A DNA stretch of 64,000 nucleotides from an uncultured virus (IMG/VR IMGVR_UViG_3300048889_000033). Lineage: Duplodnaviria > Heunggongvirae > Uroviricota > Caudoviricetes. Below, one piece after another: positions 1 to 8,652 of this stretch. The stretch lies in IMG/VR virus record IMGVR_UViG_3300048889_000033. One strand, written 5' to 3'. Made by a program: the position numbers and the translations under genes. Position 1 is the first letter of the stretch; the number at the start of each line of letters is the position of its first letter. The notes under the pieces were generated by a model. It saw nothing but the letters and a program-made list of their open reading frames with translations, searched no databases and was not told the DNA's origin.

Positions 1-273
1 TATTGATAAAAATGATTCCAAAAGTGGGCCAAAATCATTATGGACATGGATAGTTATCGGTTGAGGCGTTGTGGAATTGTGATACCGGTAAGGGTCGGAC
101 TTTAATTTCTGCATCATTTCCTCCCATGTCTTCTCACTTTGGGGTTTCTCGTGGTGATGTTCCGGTGCCCTGCATTGCTCCTCTTGATGAAAACATTGGT
201 GTTCGCACACTGAGTTATAACAGGGGCTATTATGGCGTTCAGGACAATGGCGGTATACTTTACGTTCGGACAT
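1..273 (-). CDS. Hypothetical Cys/His-rich protein, truncated by the window edge
   Basis: Manual translation from ATG 273: MSERKVYRHCPERHNSPCYNSVCEHQCFHQEEQC...FGPLLESFLSI, open to position 1; same strand as neighbours; absent from the ORF track. Confidence 0.65.
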   Translation of the reverse strand, partial: MSERKVYRHCPERHNSPCYNSVCEHQCFHQEEQCRAPEHHHEKPQSEKTWEEMMQKLKSDPYRYHNSTTPQPITIHVHNDFGPLLESFLSI

Positions 274-328
274 AATGCGAATTTAATCTATTGTTGGGGA
301 AAGTTGGGGTTAAGTTATTGTAATGCAA

Positions 329-508
329 TTATTGGGCCACGCGTTTTACTTCTCCATCATGTACTCTATATACCATCTTATAGGAGTGGGCTAGTCTTTC
401 TTCTTTAAATTTTAATGCGTTTTCTTTTAGACCATTCCACCCTCCAACTCCTTTATGATATTGATAATAATAGTTAAAGGCTCCTATGGTTTTGAATATG
501 ATGTACAT
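329..508 (-). CDS. Hypothetical protein
   Basis: Likely start MYIIFK at 508 gives a TAATG overlap with the upstream ORF. Confidence 0.6.
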   Translation of the reverse strand: MYIIFKTIGAFNYYYQYHKGVGGWNGLKENALKFKEERLAHSYKMVYRVHDGEVKRVAQ

Positions 509-720
509 TATTTTGGAAATTTTGTTTCGCGAGATACAAAATGTTGTATATCTTTCATTCTGCATTTCTTTTTTGAATAACTCCACCCTGCGCCACTCCA
601 ACGTGAAAATGAAGTTTCTGCTAACTGTTTGATTGCCCCTGCAACTTTGGCCCCTCTCACAGTATTATCTATCTCTATTATCACTGGCAACAGCGCTGTA
701 TAAGTGGTTTTCTTTTTCAT
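508..720 (-). CDS. Hypothetical protein
   Basis: 70-aa ORF tiling within the minus-strand block. Confidence 0.6.
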   Translation of the reverse strand: MKKKTTYTALLPVIIEIDNTVRGAKVAGAIKQLAETSFSRWSGAGWSYSKKKCRMKDIQHFVSRETKFPK

Positions 721-733
721 GCTTTAAGTTTAA

Positions 734-1486
734 TTAATGGCTTATAACACTAGGGTTAACGCCGGTTCGCTTTGCTCTTAGTTCGTTAAACATTTTTAAT
801 GCCAATTGTTTCCGCTCAACTAAGAATTTTAAATCTTCTACCAATGGGTATTTATTCCCAACCTGCTGCGTTTTACGGAATTCAACTACATGAAGACCAC
901 CTTCTTCTAAAGGCATTGCAGGATGAAAGAAAATAGCTTGACCTACTAAGGTAGTGGCATTTAGCATGTTGTCTAAAAGCTGGAAATATAGTTGGCGGTT
1001 ACCAGCTTTTACGTCTTGCGGGTTTTCAAACTCCAAAGATTCCATATGTTTTAACGCTTGGTAGCACTTAACCTCCCATACTTCCACATTCCAAGATAGT
1101 TGATCGGAGCTTTCGTTTATACAGTAAATCCCATCGGGGGTGCCCCCAAACATAGGGTTATCTCCGTAAATAAGTTTCTGCGTTACAACCCTTTTAGAGT
1201 CTATAGCCATTTTAAACATGTGAGCACGCATACCCCAAGTTTCCTCTACAAGGCCATGAATTGTTGATTCGGTATTTATCTCTGGTTCACTGGGTATCTT
1301 TGCTATACTTTCAAACACCCGGGAACGGATATAGTTGATGCCAGTTTCCCCAAACCCCTTTTCTCCACACAACTTCCATATATTGGAGGACGTGAACATA
1401 GAAAGTCTTGCCTGCCTCCATTGTTCACTAATGTTCAGGCCATCGAGCATTCCGATCTGGCTTATTCTACTTTTTAATAGCATCAA
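734..1486 (-). CDS. YqaJ/lambda-exonuclease-like recombination nuclease
   Basis: W..AR...FTSS N-terminus, HG..EE, GGTPDG and EVKC PD-(D/E)xK motifs, Y.Q motif. Confidence 0.85.
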   Translation of the reverse strand: MMLLKSRISQIGMLDGLNISEQWRQARLSMFTSSNIWKLCGEKGFGETGINYIRSRVFESIAKIPSEPEINTESTIHGLVEETWGMRAHMFKMAIDSKRVVTQKLIYGDNPMFGGTPDGIYCINESSDQLSWNVEVWEVKCYQALKHMESLEFENPQDVKAGNRQLYFQLLDNMLNATTLVGQAIFFHPAMPLEEGGLHVVEFRKTQQVGNKYPLVEDLKFLVERKQLALKMFNELRAKRTGVNPSVISH

Positions 1487-1955
1487 ATTCGTTTTGAAAT
1501 ATTATAACATTTGGATATTCCTCAGATGGTAGTTTCGACATTAATTTATAGCATTCGTGCAATATAAGTTGCAGCTTTTGGTAAAAGCGTTTTTGGAATT
1601 GAAGTTTTGAAGGATCGCGTTCGGAAAGATATATCTCCCTTTGTCGGGCTGCGCTAATTTCGCAGATGATGATAATATCGGGGCGGTAACTTTGCTCTTT
1701 CAAACCCTGCAATAATAGTCCATAACCTAAAACGCCTTCCACAATACATGGTTTATTCTCGTAGGCATCTTCTATTAATGCTTGTATGGCTACTGGTTCA
1801 GCGAAATCTTTGTAATCGTCACAATGTATAACATGATGGTGCGGATACATGGGTGATAAAACATTACTAAGAAAAGTTTTTCCGCTCGCCGGCCTTCCAA
1901 GCAAAAGGATTGATTGTTTATCAAATGGAATATTAAGAAGTTCTTCTAAGTTCAT
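1467..1955 (-). CDS. P-loop nucleotide/nucleoside kinase-like protein
   Basis: LLLGRPASGKT Walker A, IHCDDY, IVEG; start MNLEE gives an ATGA overlap with the upstream gene. Confidence 0.75.
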   Translation of the reverse strand: MNLEELLNIPFDKQSILLLGRPASGKTFLSNVLSPMYPHHHVIHCDDYKDFAEPVAIQALIEDAYENKPCIVEGVLGYGLLLQGLKEQSYRPDIIIICEISAARQREIYLSERDPSKLQFQKRFYQKLQLILHECYKLMSKLPSEEYPNVIIFQNEFDAIKK

Positions 1956-2371
1956 TTTTCTCCGGGGTTTGCGCCAATAATCATTAACCCTGAACCCTTT
2001 CCCCAATTAACATTCATTATACTTTTCATATTTGGGAAGTAATCTTCGGGGCATCTACCATCATTATCTTCTTCGGGTTGTTCACCTATTTTATAAATGG
2101 CATAACCGAAATTACTGGCATATATAATCCCATTGTCAAAGATGTATGCAAAATCGGTAGTTCGGCTATCCTCCCAAGGCCACGGCCAACCATCGCTTGG
2201 AAGCGTGGAATCATCCCTGCCGTCCAACATTTTCTTGACTTCGTTTCTAAAGCCTTCTTCGGTTGTGGATTCAGCAACGGCATCATCAATTTCGTAGCCA
2301 TCAAATCCTATGGAACCCAACCATTCCATGTCTTTATCTTTACGAATATAAAAATCTGCTCTTGTGCCCAT
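1952..2371 (-). CDS. Hypothetical phage protein
   Basis: 139-aa ORF (MGTRADFY...GWPWPW...DFAY). Confidence 0.8.
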   Translation of the reverse strand: MGTRADFYIRKDKDMEWLGSIGFDGYEIDDAVAESTTEEGFRNEVKKMLDGRDDSTLPSDGWPWPWEDSRTTDFAYIFDNGIIYASNFGYAIYKIGEQPEEDNDGRCPEDYFPNMKSIMNVNWGKGSGLMIIGANPGEK

Positions 2372-2392
2372 CTGTTTATGTATTTAAAAGGG

Positions 2393-3520
2393 TTATGAAT
2401 AAGACTTGTCGAGGAAATATTTTACTCCGTTTTCGATAAACTCCTCCGCTGTTCCCTCTTTTAGTTTCCCTTCGGTTTTGAGTGTTTCCATTCGGGCTTT
2501 TACGGTTTCGGGGTTCAATTCTATCCGCAAAAGGGACAAGTCGTGTTTAACGGCCGTTTCCGGCGAAATAAGTTCCGTTTTCCACGACCTGCGCTTGGTC
2601 TTGACTTCGGGGAATACGGTCTTGTAGCCCCCCGAATAGCCTCCGTATGACCTTGTAGCCTGATTGGTGGCGGTTTCTTGCACTTTGACCTTGTTTTCTT
2701 GGATTTTTCCGCCGATTTCCTCCTTTTTTTCAAGAATTTCTTGCAATTTTTCATCGTTTCCTGTTGCAATGGCCTCCGCTTCGGCGGTATCCAGGCCTTT
2801 TAGTTCCCTGACTACTTGTTTTTGGGCGGTCACTAATGGGGTGAGTTCATTTAATCGGGTTATCATTTCTTCGGTGAAGTCGCCGTATTTGTCTTTACGG
2901 GTTTTCTCCAAATTGATGAGCCTTTCAACATCCAATAGTTGTTCGGTCGTTTTACAGTCTGCTATTTTTTGGGAGTAGGCCATAATGTTGTTGTCCATCC
3001 CTTCTTTGATCGCCTTTTCCTTCTCTTCTTTGGCTTTGGCTTCGCGTTTACGCTTTTCTACCTCTTGGCAAAGTTGGGTATGCTTTCGTTCTATTCCCAA
3101 TAAAGTGGGGGCAAGCAGTTCCTTCAATCCATTCTTAGCCGCATCCCACGCATCGCCCCCCTCTTTGTAAGGCTTCTTACCTTCTTTGTGGGCTTCATCT
3201 ATTTTTTTCTGGATGGCTTTAATGGAAGTAATCGTTTCGTTTATATCGGGTAGATTATCCTCATTAAAAACTAATCCATCGGCTTTATCTTGTACAGCCT
3301 GAATACTGAGTTCTGCAAGAGTTAGTTGCAATTTAATCTTTGCTTTTGCAGATTCAGCAGTAACAGGGGTTAGGTTAGCTGTATCTGTGCTTATAGTTTC
3401 GTTTGACATTTTTTGCTTTTTTACATTTACTAACATTTTTAATCCATCGAAGGTTAATGAATTAAGTGCTTTCGGGATTTCACCATCAACCCAGTGTGCC
3501 AATGGATTGTTTTCTTCCAT
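2393..3520 (-). CDS. Coiled-coil phage protein (DUF1351-like, recombination region)
   Basis: Long K/E-rich helical ORF with a KKPY motif, near the exonuclease. Confidence 0.65.
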   Translation of the reverse strand: MEENNPLAHWVDGEIPKALNSLTFDGLKMLVNVKKQKMSNETISTDTANLTPVTAESAKAKIKLQLTLAELSIQAVQDKADGLVFNEDNLPDINETITSIKAIQKKIDEAHKEGKKPYKEGGDAWDAAKNGLKELLAPTLLGIERKHTQLCQEVEKRKREAKAKEEKEKAIKEGMDNNIMAYSQKIADCKTTEQLLDVERLINLEKTRKDKYGDFTEEMITRLNELTPLVTAQKQVVRELKGLDTAEAEAIATGNDEKLQEILEKKEEIGGKIQENKVKVQETATNQATRSYGGYSGGYKTVFPEVKTKRRSWKTELISPETAVKHDLSLLRIELNPETVKARMETLKTEGKLKEGTAEEFIENGVKYFLDKSYS

Positions 3521-3521
3521 G

Positions 3522-3749
3522 CTAAATAGTCTTAATTGTTAAGGCGGCTTGACCTATATACTCAATTTGGTCGTAGGTAAGACGAACATACGCCTGCCCT
3601 TCGCTTTTGGGGATTTGGACAAAGCCTTGAATTCCCCAATGCTTTACTTCTGTGACTAAAACGAAACAGCCAATCCATCCCTCTTGGCCATTTTCGTTAA
3701 TTTGTACAACAGAGTTTTCTTCAAGAATTGATTGTAAATCCATATTCAA
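3522..3749 (-). CDS. Hypothetical small beta-rich protein
   Basis: 75-aa ORF (VVQI..WIGC..VTEVKHWGIQG), ATGA-coupled. Confidence 0.75.
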   Translation of the reverse strand: MNMDLQSILEENSVVQINENGQEGWIGCFVLVTEVKHWGIQGFVQIPKSEGQAYVRLTYDQIEYIGQAALTIKTI

Positions 3750-3940
3750 TAATCTTTATTGTTATCAATTAAAACGAATCCTTGTGACTTAGCCCATTCT
3801 GAAAGTTCATAGAAAGAGAAGACATCGGCTGGCTTCAAGTTAGCGGCCACCCATTCTCTTGCTGCTTCTGCTTTTTCATAAGCATCTTCGCTATTGGGTT
3901 CTGGTGGCTGTAGTCCTTTATTGATTAGTTCTGGCTTCAT
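3746..3940 (-). CDS. Hypothetical protein
   Basis: 64-aa ORF coupled to neighbours on both sides. Confidence 0.7.
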   Translation of the reverse strand: MKPELINKGLQPPEPNSEDAYEKAEAAREWVAANLKPADVFSFYELSEWAKSQGFVLIDNNKDY

Positions 3941-4359
3941 TCGATTTCAATTGTGGGTATTACAATAAGCTGATTCTTTATTACCAATATACCGATGGTT
4001 GCAAGGAACCAACTTCTAACCAGCCCTCTTAAGGTATATCGCCATACATTCGTATCATTTAAATACTCGTCCTTTATGTTATAAAAATCACCCGTTTCTT
4101 CATAATAACCACTTTGCCAATGGCGGGAACCGTCGAGCAATATAATATCTTCTTGTCTTTTATACTCCTTTTTTGGATAAGTTTTTCTAACTCCGATGCC
4201 ATATGAATCAATTATAATACCCCAATCTAACGGTTTCTCAGAAGTAACGCATTGTCTTATAGATTTAAGAAGTGCAGATTGCCCCTTTGTTAATTTAATT
4301 TTTTGATTTGCGGCTATCTGTAACCCAATCTTGGATATGTCTCTGGAAACAGCATCCAT
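3937..4359 (-). CDS. Hypothetical protein
   Basis: 140-aa ORF. Confidence 0.7.
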   Translation of the reverse strand: MDAVSRDISKIGLQIAANQKIKLTKGQSALLKSIRQCVTSEKPLDWGIIIDSYGIGVRKTYPKKEYKRQEDIILLDGSRHWQSGYYEETGDFYNIKDEYLNDTNVWRYTLRGLVRSWFLATIGILVIKNQLIVIPTIEIE

Positions 4360-4388
4360 ATTTTTAAGTAATTAAGAGGGGGGGTTAT

Positions 4389-4784
4389 TTAATCGGGGAT
4401 TAGGATTTGTTCTATTTCGGCTCTGCGCTGTTTAATCTTAGGCGCAAAGTCTATGTTTGTTTCGCATTTACTGTGGCATTCTAAGCAGAGGATAGCGATA
4501 TTTTCAGGAGTGTGTCGGAATTGAGGGTAGTTTCTTTACTCCAATAAATGGTGAAACATAAAGTTGCTTGGGGTTTTCGGAAGGGTGATCCCGCAATTCT
4601 GGCATGCATGGGGGGAGGCAGCATAAACCTCTTTATAGAACACGGCATCTTGTTCCAGCAGTTCTTTATCGGCTATTATTTGCTTCTTACGCTTCTCGCT
4701 GACTTTTGGGATGGAATATGCCTTTTTAATTTTCGGTTCCTTCGCAGCAGCCTTAATGGCTCGTATGTTGGCAGCTCTATCCAT
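4389..4784 (-). pseudogene. HNH endonuclease interrupted by one in-frame TAA (4536-4538)
   Basis: Reading through the stop gives CQNCG...FHHLLE*RNYPQFRHTPENIAILCLECHSKCE...LIPD*, a complete CxxC-HNH-CxxCH motif. Confidence 0.8.
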
Positions 4785-4939
4785 TATTTTACGGTTTCTT
4801 TTTGGTTTTTTTCTTTTAAGGCCTCAGTAGCATAGAAAGAAACAAGTATGCCCTTCTGTTTACAAATCTTTTTTGTGTCGGCCAATACAGAAGGTTCCAC
4901 CCTTAAAGACCCGCTTCTGGTTTTCTTCTTAATCTTCAT
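4784..4939 (-). CDS. Small basic DNA-binding protein (ribbon-helix-helix-like regulator)
   Basis: Manual translation MKIKKKTRSGSLRVEPSVLADTKKICKQKGILVSFYATEALKEKNQKETVK (51 aa); first gene of the leftward unit, TAATG-coupled. Confidence 0.65.
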   Translation of the reverse strand: MKIKKKTRSGSLRVEPSVLADTKKICKQKGILVSFYATEALKEKNQKETVK

Positions 4940-4943
4940 ATAG

Positions 4944-4975
4944 CAATACTACGGAGTTATATTTTATTTTCCAAA
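4944..4975 (-). promoter_or_regulatory. Bacteroidota-type housekeeping promoter (leftward, near-leaderless)
   Basis: TTTG-N20-TAGTATTG directly before ATG 4939. Confidence 0.55.
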
Positions 4976-5014
4976 AAAAAAGAAAGAAATATTTTTCTGT
5001 TTGATAAATAGTAT

Positions 5015-5022
5015 TACATTTG
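5015..5022 (+). promoter_or_regulatory. Bacteroidota -7 promoter element (rightward)
   Basis: TACATTTG matches TAnnTTTG exactly, 13 nt before the ATG, in the divergent gap. Confidence 0.6.
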
Positions 5023-5035
5023 ACAAAACAAACAA

Positions 5036-5917
5036 ATGAAAAAACTCCTTTTCGTCTTGCTGTTCGCCCCGACCATTATAATGGCGCAAATCCCCAAGCC
5101 ACAGCCAAACACTTATATAAATGACTTAGCGGGCGTCCTTTCCACTTCGCAAGTAGCCGACCTTAATAAACAGATATACGACATTGAAAAAAAGTATTCT
5201 GTTCAAATCGCCGTGGTGTTAGTCAATCAATTACCTGATAATACAGTAATAGAAGACTATGCAAGGAAGATAGGCCGCACTTGGCATGTAGGAAATGCTA
5301 AGAATGGATTAGTATATGTCGCTTCCATTAAAGAACATAAGCAACGATTAGAGGTAGCGCAAAACTTGGAAGGAACGATTACGGATGCAGCCGCCAATGA
5401 AATACTAGCCAATATAAAACCGTTCTTCAGGAATCAGGATTATTCGGAAGGTATTAAAAATATGCTTTCAGAATTGGACAAAAGAATGAATCCTGCCAAA
5501 GATGAACAAGCCGCATTGGGAGCAGCAGAAAAGGCAAAGAAAGACCAACAAGGAGGTGATTTAACTTGGCTATGGTGGCTTTTAGGAATTGGTAGCGGTG
5601 CTGGCATCCTTTGGTTAATATTTCGTAAGAGAGAAGATGAAACCGTTGTCCCCGACTACACGCCACCTATGAGCCGTTCTTATGGTTATGGTTCTTCCCG
5701 TCCCACTTACGTTTCACCCATTATAGTAAATGATAGTTTCAATTCTAGTCCTTCCCATGATTATGGAAGCAGTTACAGTAGCGGAAGTAGCAGCAGCGAT
5801 AGCAGTAGTTCGTCTTCTTCATCCACTGATTATGGTAGTTGGGGAAGTGGGAGTAGTGATAGTAGTAGTAGTTCGGATTCTGGCTTTTCTGGTGGTGGAT
5901 CATCTAGTGATTGGTAA
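5036..5917 (+). CDS. TPM-domain (DUF477/YgcG-like) membrane protein
   Basis: Signal peptide, YINDLAGVLS, QIAVVLV, IEDYA..W.VG...NG, LEG.ITD, TM helix, Ser/Gly tail ending FSGGGSSSDW. Confidence 0.92.
   Translation: MKKLLFVLLFAPTIIMAQIPKPQPNTYINDLAGVLSTSQVADLNKQIYDIEKKYSVQIAVVLVNQLPDNTVIEDYARKIGRTWHVGNAKNGLVYVASIKEHKQRLEVAQNLEGTITDAAANEILANIKPFFRNQDYSEGIKNMLSELDKRMNPAKDEQAALGAAEKAKKDQQGGDLTWLWWLLGIGSGAGILWLIFRKREDETVVPDYTPPMSRSYGYGSSRPTYVSPIIVNDSFNSSPSHDYGSSYSSGSSSSDSSSSSSSSTDYGSWGSGSSDSSSSSDSGFSGGGSSSDW
5760..5914 (+). repeat. Low-complexity AGT/AGC (Ser/Gly) coding repeat
   Basis: Encodes the SSSSDSSSS tail typical of TPM proteins. Confidence 0.7.
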
Positions 5918-6064
5918 ATTTAATGACCGTTGATTGGAGGTCTATAATATGACAATCGCCCCCTTTCCGGAATAAATTAAAGATTCTTGTTAATGAGTCA
6001 AGGTTGTGTTTTTAATGGCAACGGAAAGGGTTCTTTTTAAAACAGTGTTTATAGTTTATTATAT

Positions 6065-6496
6065 ATGAGAGCTATTAAATTTAGGTCTTGGGATAAGAAA
6101 AGCAAAAAGATGAGGTACGTTGATTCTATTGCCTTTGAGAGAATAACTGGTTCGCCTAAAGTTATTAATGTTTGGGGCGTAGATATAATAGAAGATAAAG
6201 ATGTTATCCTACATAGAGAGAAAGATGCCATTTTACTTCAATTTACTGGGTTAAATGACAAGAATGGTATTCCTATTTATGAAGATGACATTGTTCACGT
6301 GTATTATGGAGTAGGAAAAGTTGTCTTTAATGCCGGTTGTTTTATGATAGCATGGCTAAGTGACAGGGAAGCAAACATGGAATTGCTTTCAATGCAGAAT
6401 TATAAAACTGGACGAATAAGAGAAGATTTAGTAGTAACTGGAAATATTTGGGAAAATCCTGAAATGCTCAACCCTGAGTTACTAACAATCCCCTAA
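6065..6496 (+). CDS. YopX family protein
   Basis: MRAIKFRSWDK...LLQFTGLNDKNG.PIYEDDIV...V.GNIWENPE. Confidence 0.93.
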   Translation: MRAIKFRSWDKKSKKMRYVDSIAFERITGSPKVINVWGVDIIEDKDVILHREKDAILLQFTGLNDKNGIPIYEDDIVHVYYGVGKVVFNAGCFMIAWLSDREANMELLSMQNYKTGRIREDLVVTGNIWENPEMLNPELLTIP

Positions 6497-6508
6497 ATAA
6501 ATAAAACT

Positions 6509-6673
6509 ATGTCGAGAGAATCAGGATTTTATTGGGTAAACCATAATAGGCGCGGATGGATGGTCGCCTTTTGGGATAATACAGCATGGTTTGAAACTAG
6601 ATCAAAATTTTCATTGCCCCCACATTCAATTTTAAAAATAAACGAAGAAAGAATACTACCACCTCAAAACTAA
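6509..6673 (+). CDS. Hypothetical small phage protein
   Basis: Manual translation MSRESGFYWVNHNRRGWMVAFWD...ERILPPQN (54 aa); fills the gap. Confidence 0.65.
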   Translation: MSRESGFYWVNHNRRGWMVAFWDNTAWFETRSKFSLPPHSILKINEERILPPQN

Positions 6674-6678
6674 ATTAT

Positions 6679-6867
6679 ATGGCACATACTTGTCCAAGGT
6701 GTTCAATGCATTGTCATTGTCAAGCTGACATCGATGATATTAACTTCGGCGAAAGATGGGACTGTATCTGTTGCGAAGGGAGAGACGACGAAGATGATGA
6801 AGACGATTTTTACGATAATACAGACGATGACGACCATCCACTTAACCCACCAAAACCATCTATTTAA
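6679..6867 (+). CDS. Small Cys-rich protein with acidic tail
   Basis: HTCPRC..CHC..CICC then a D/E-rich tract. Confidence 0.7.
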   Translation: MAHTCPRCSMHCHCQADIDDINFGERWDCICCEGRDDEDDEDDFYDNTDDDDHPLNPPKPSI

Positions 6868-6882
6868 TACCCCCTACCACTC

Positions 6883-7131
6883 ATGGCAAAGACAATAAAA
6901 GCAATAAATCTGGAAATGATGGATTCTTCCCCCGCTCCAAAGGAATGGAAGGAAATTCCAGAAATTAAAGCGGCTTATCCAAAAATAAAGAAGTGTGAAA
7001 TATCACTTCAAAAATTGGATGGCTTACCCATTTGTCAATACCATATAAGGACTTCTGTGTTCTGGAATCCTGTGGGAGACTTTTTTTATGTTGAAGAACC
7101 AAAATCTGAAAACAATGGGAAAAAGAAATAA
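6883..7131 (+). CDS. Hypothetical protein
   Basis: 82-aa ORF. Confidence 0.65.
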   Translation: MAKTIKAINLEMMDSSPAPKEWKEIPEIKAAYPKIKKCEISLQKLDGLPICQYHIRTSVFWNPVGDFFYVEEPKSENNGKKK

Positions 7132-7486
7132 CCCTTCTACGTCAAATGACGCGTATCGCTCCTTAAAGCATTCAGAAACTCAAGAACTATACGAAAAGAT
7201 TCTTTGGGGATTGGGCCAAATTAAGGAAGGCACATATGAGGATATTAGCAAAGCCATTAAAGTGCCAAAAGAGCGCGTCTGGAAGAGAATGAATGAACTT
7301 TTGAAAACTGGTAAGGTATATAGGCCCGGAACTAAAAGAGCCCTTGAATCAGGACGGGATGGCTTCGTATGGGCTCTTACCCAACCCGGTCAATCCAATG
7401 TACCAGTAATAGAAAAGCCAATTCCCGGGCCTACTGTGGCGGATTATTCCCGTAAACTTATCGCCAAGCAACCAGAACTATTCTAA
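7115..7486 (+). CDS. Winged-helix DNA-binding protein
   Basis: TS.DAY...GTYEDI....V.KRMNEL...GKV...SGR...VW pattern; ATG 7115 preferred. Confidence 0.65.
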   Translation: MGKRNNPSTSNDAYRSLKHSETQELYEKILWGLGQIKEGTYEDISKAIKVPKERVWKRMNELLKTGKVYRPGTKRALESGRDGFVWALTQPGQSNVPVIEKPIPGPTVADYSRKLIAKQPELF

Positions 7487-7506
7487 CCCCACGTAAATAC
7501 TAAACC

Positions 7507-7683
7507 ATGCGAAAATTTAAAGAAAATCCCAACAAAACTATTCTTATAGAAGCTTTTAAATCCAGAAGGTTCCTTCGTATACATGGATTCCTTTCAGATA
7601 AGGAAAACGACACAATACTTATCCGCTTAACAAAATTCACGAATAAGAACCAAATAAAAGTCTCACCAAAAGAACTTGAATAA
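7507..7683 (+). CDS. Hypothetical protein
   Basis: Manual translation MRKFKENPNKTILIEAFKSRRFLRIHGFLSDKEN... (58 aa). Confidence 0.6.
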   Translation: MRKFKENPNKTILIEAFKSRRFLRIHGFLSDKENDTILIRLTKFTNKNQIKVSPKELE

Positions 7684-7739
7684 ATTAATGGCACCCAGTT
7701 CATAGTTCTGTATTGGCTAATAGCTAAAAAATAAAATTT

Positions 7740-8084
7740 ATGATATGTACTTGGTATAGAAAAGACGAGTTGGATAAGATGAAAACCGTTACTGATAGCC
7801 GGCTAAATGATTTGTTTCAGGAGGTAAGGGCTAAATTTGGAGGCCGTTATTACATGCAAGAAATAACCCGAACCACGAAAACAATATTCGGGAAGCCAAA
7901 GTCATTTGTTTATTATTCTCTTTACGGCTCACAGGGGGATGGTGAAATGCAGGAGGTACAATGTATCAACTTTGCGCAGGATAAAGGAGGTTCAATCAAC
8001 ACAACCGTAACTGCATCTTATATAATCACTTACTTTCTTGGGTTATTGGGTGGTTTGAACTATTCGGTCACGGTTAAATCTTGA
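7740..8084 (+). CDS. Hypothetical protein
   Basis: 114-aa ORF. Confidence 0.7.
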   Translation: MICTWYRKDELDKMKTVTDSRLNDLFQEVRAKFGGRYYMQEITRTTKTIFGKPKSFVYYSLYGSQGDGEMQEVQCINFAQDKGGSINTTVTASYIITYFLGLLGGLNYSVTVKS

Positions 8085-8100
8085 TCCTTGTCTATTATTA

Positions 8101-8141
8101 AAAAAATATTTGGTTGGAATAGCCTTTCTACCTTACTTTAG
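8101..8141 (+). promoter_or_regulatory. Bacteroidota-type promoter of the replication operon
   Basis: TTTG(8109)-N21-TACTTTAG(8134); shares AAAAAATATTTGG..GAATAGCC..TACCTTA with the promoter at 11867. Confidence 0.6.
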
Positions 8142-8247
8142 TCTTCATGAACGACCTCATAATATACACGGATAGAGACGGTATGATATGAGGTTTTAGC
8201 TTGAAAAATTAACAACCTTACGGCTTCGGAAGTTCGGCTGCTCTATC

Positions 8248-8269
8248 AGCCCCTTTCGGGGCTTTTTTT
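8248..8269 (+). terminator. Intrinsic terminator/attenuator in a structured leader
   Basis: AGCCCC-TTTC-GGGGCT followed by a T-run, just upstream of ATG 8284. Confidence 0.7.
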
Positions 8270-8283
8270 ATCTCTAAAACCCA

Positions 8284-8652
8284 ATGACTTACGCGGAACA
8301 ACTACAAGATCGGCGCTGGCTCAATAAACGAACCGAAATACTACTAAGAGATAATTTCCAATGCCAACAGACGGGATGCGGGCGCAATGGAGAGGGGATG
8401 GAAGTTCACCATTTGGATTACTTCTACGGCCTTAGAGCATGGGAATACCCCAACGATATGCTTATAACCCTATGCCACGAACATCACCAATTAGAACAAG
8501 ACCGGCAGCAGCTTGAAAGACACCTATCCACCACCCTTAAAATGAAAGGGTTTTTATTCAAAGATTTATTAGCCTTATCCTCTCTTGTCGATACGGACGC
8601 TAAGTTTACCGGAATCCTCTTAAAAACCCTCAGAAAATTCCAGCATGGCTAA
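8284..8652 (+). CDS. HNH endonuclease
   Basis: W..KR..IL.RDNFQCQQTGC, EVHHLDY, LITLCHEHH. Confidence 0.88.
   Translation: MTYAEQLQDRRWLNKRTEILLRDNFQCQQTGCGRNGEGMEVHHLDYFYGLRAWEYPNDMLITLCHEHHQLEQDRQQLERHLSTTLKMKGFLFKDLLALSSLVDTDAKFTGILLKTLRKFQHG

Noticed and set aside
69..275. Plus-strand 68-aa ORF and the many short antisense ORFs in the track
   Set aside because: They are shadows of longer, better-tiled genes on the opposite strand or in another frame
4536..4538. Stop-codon reassignment (alternative genetic code)
   Set aside because: TAA, TAG and TGA all end well-tiled genes, and long ORFs are intact under the standard code; only one internal stop was seen
5760..5914. CRISPR array or VNTR
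   Set aside because: Irregular Ser/Gly codon repeats within a coding tail; no repeat-spacer structure
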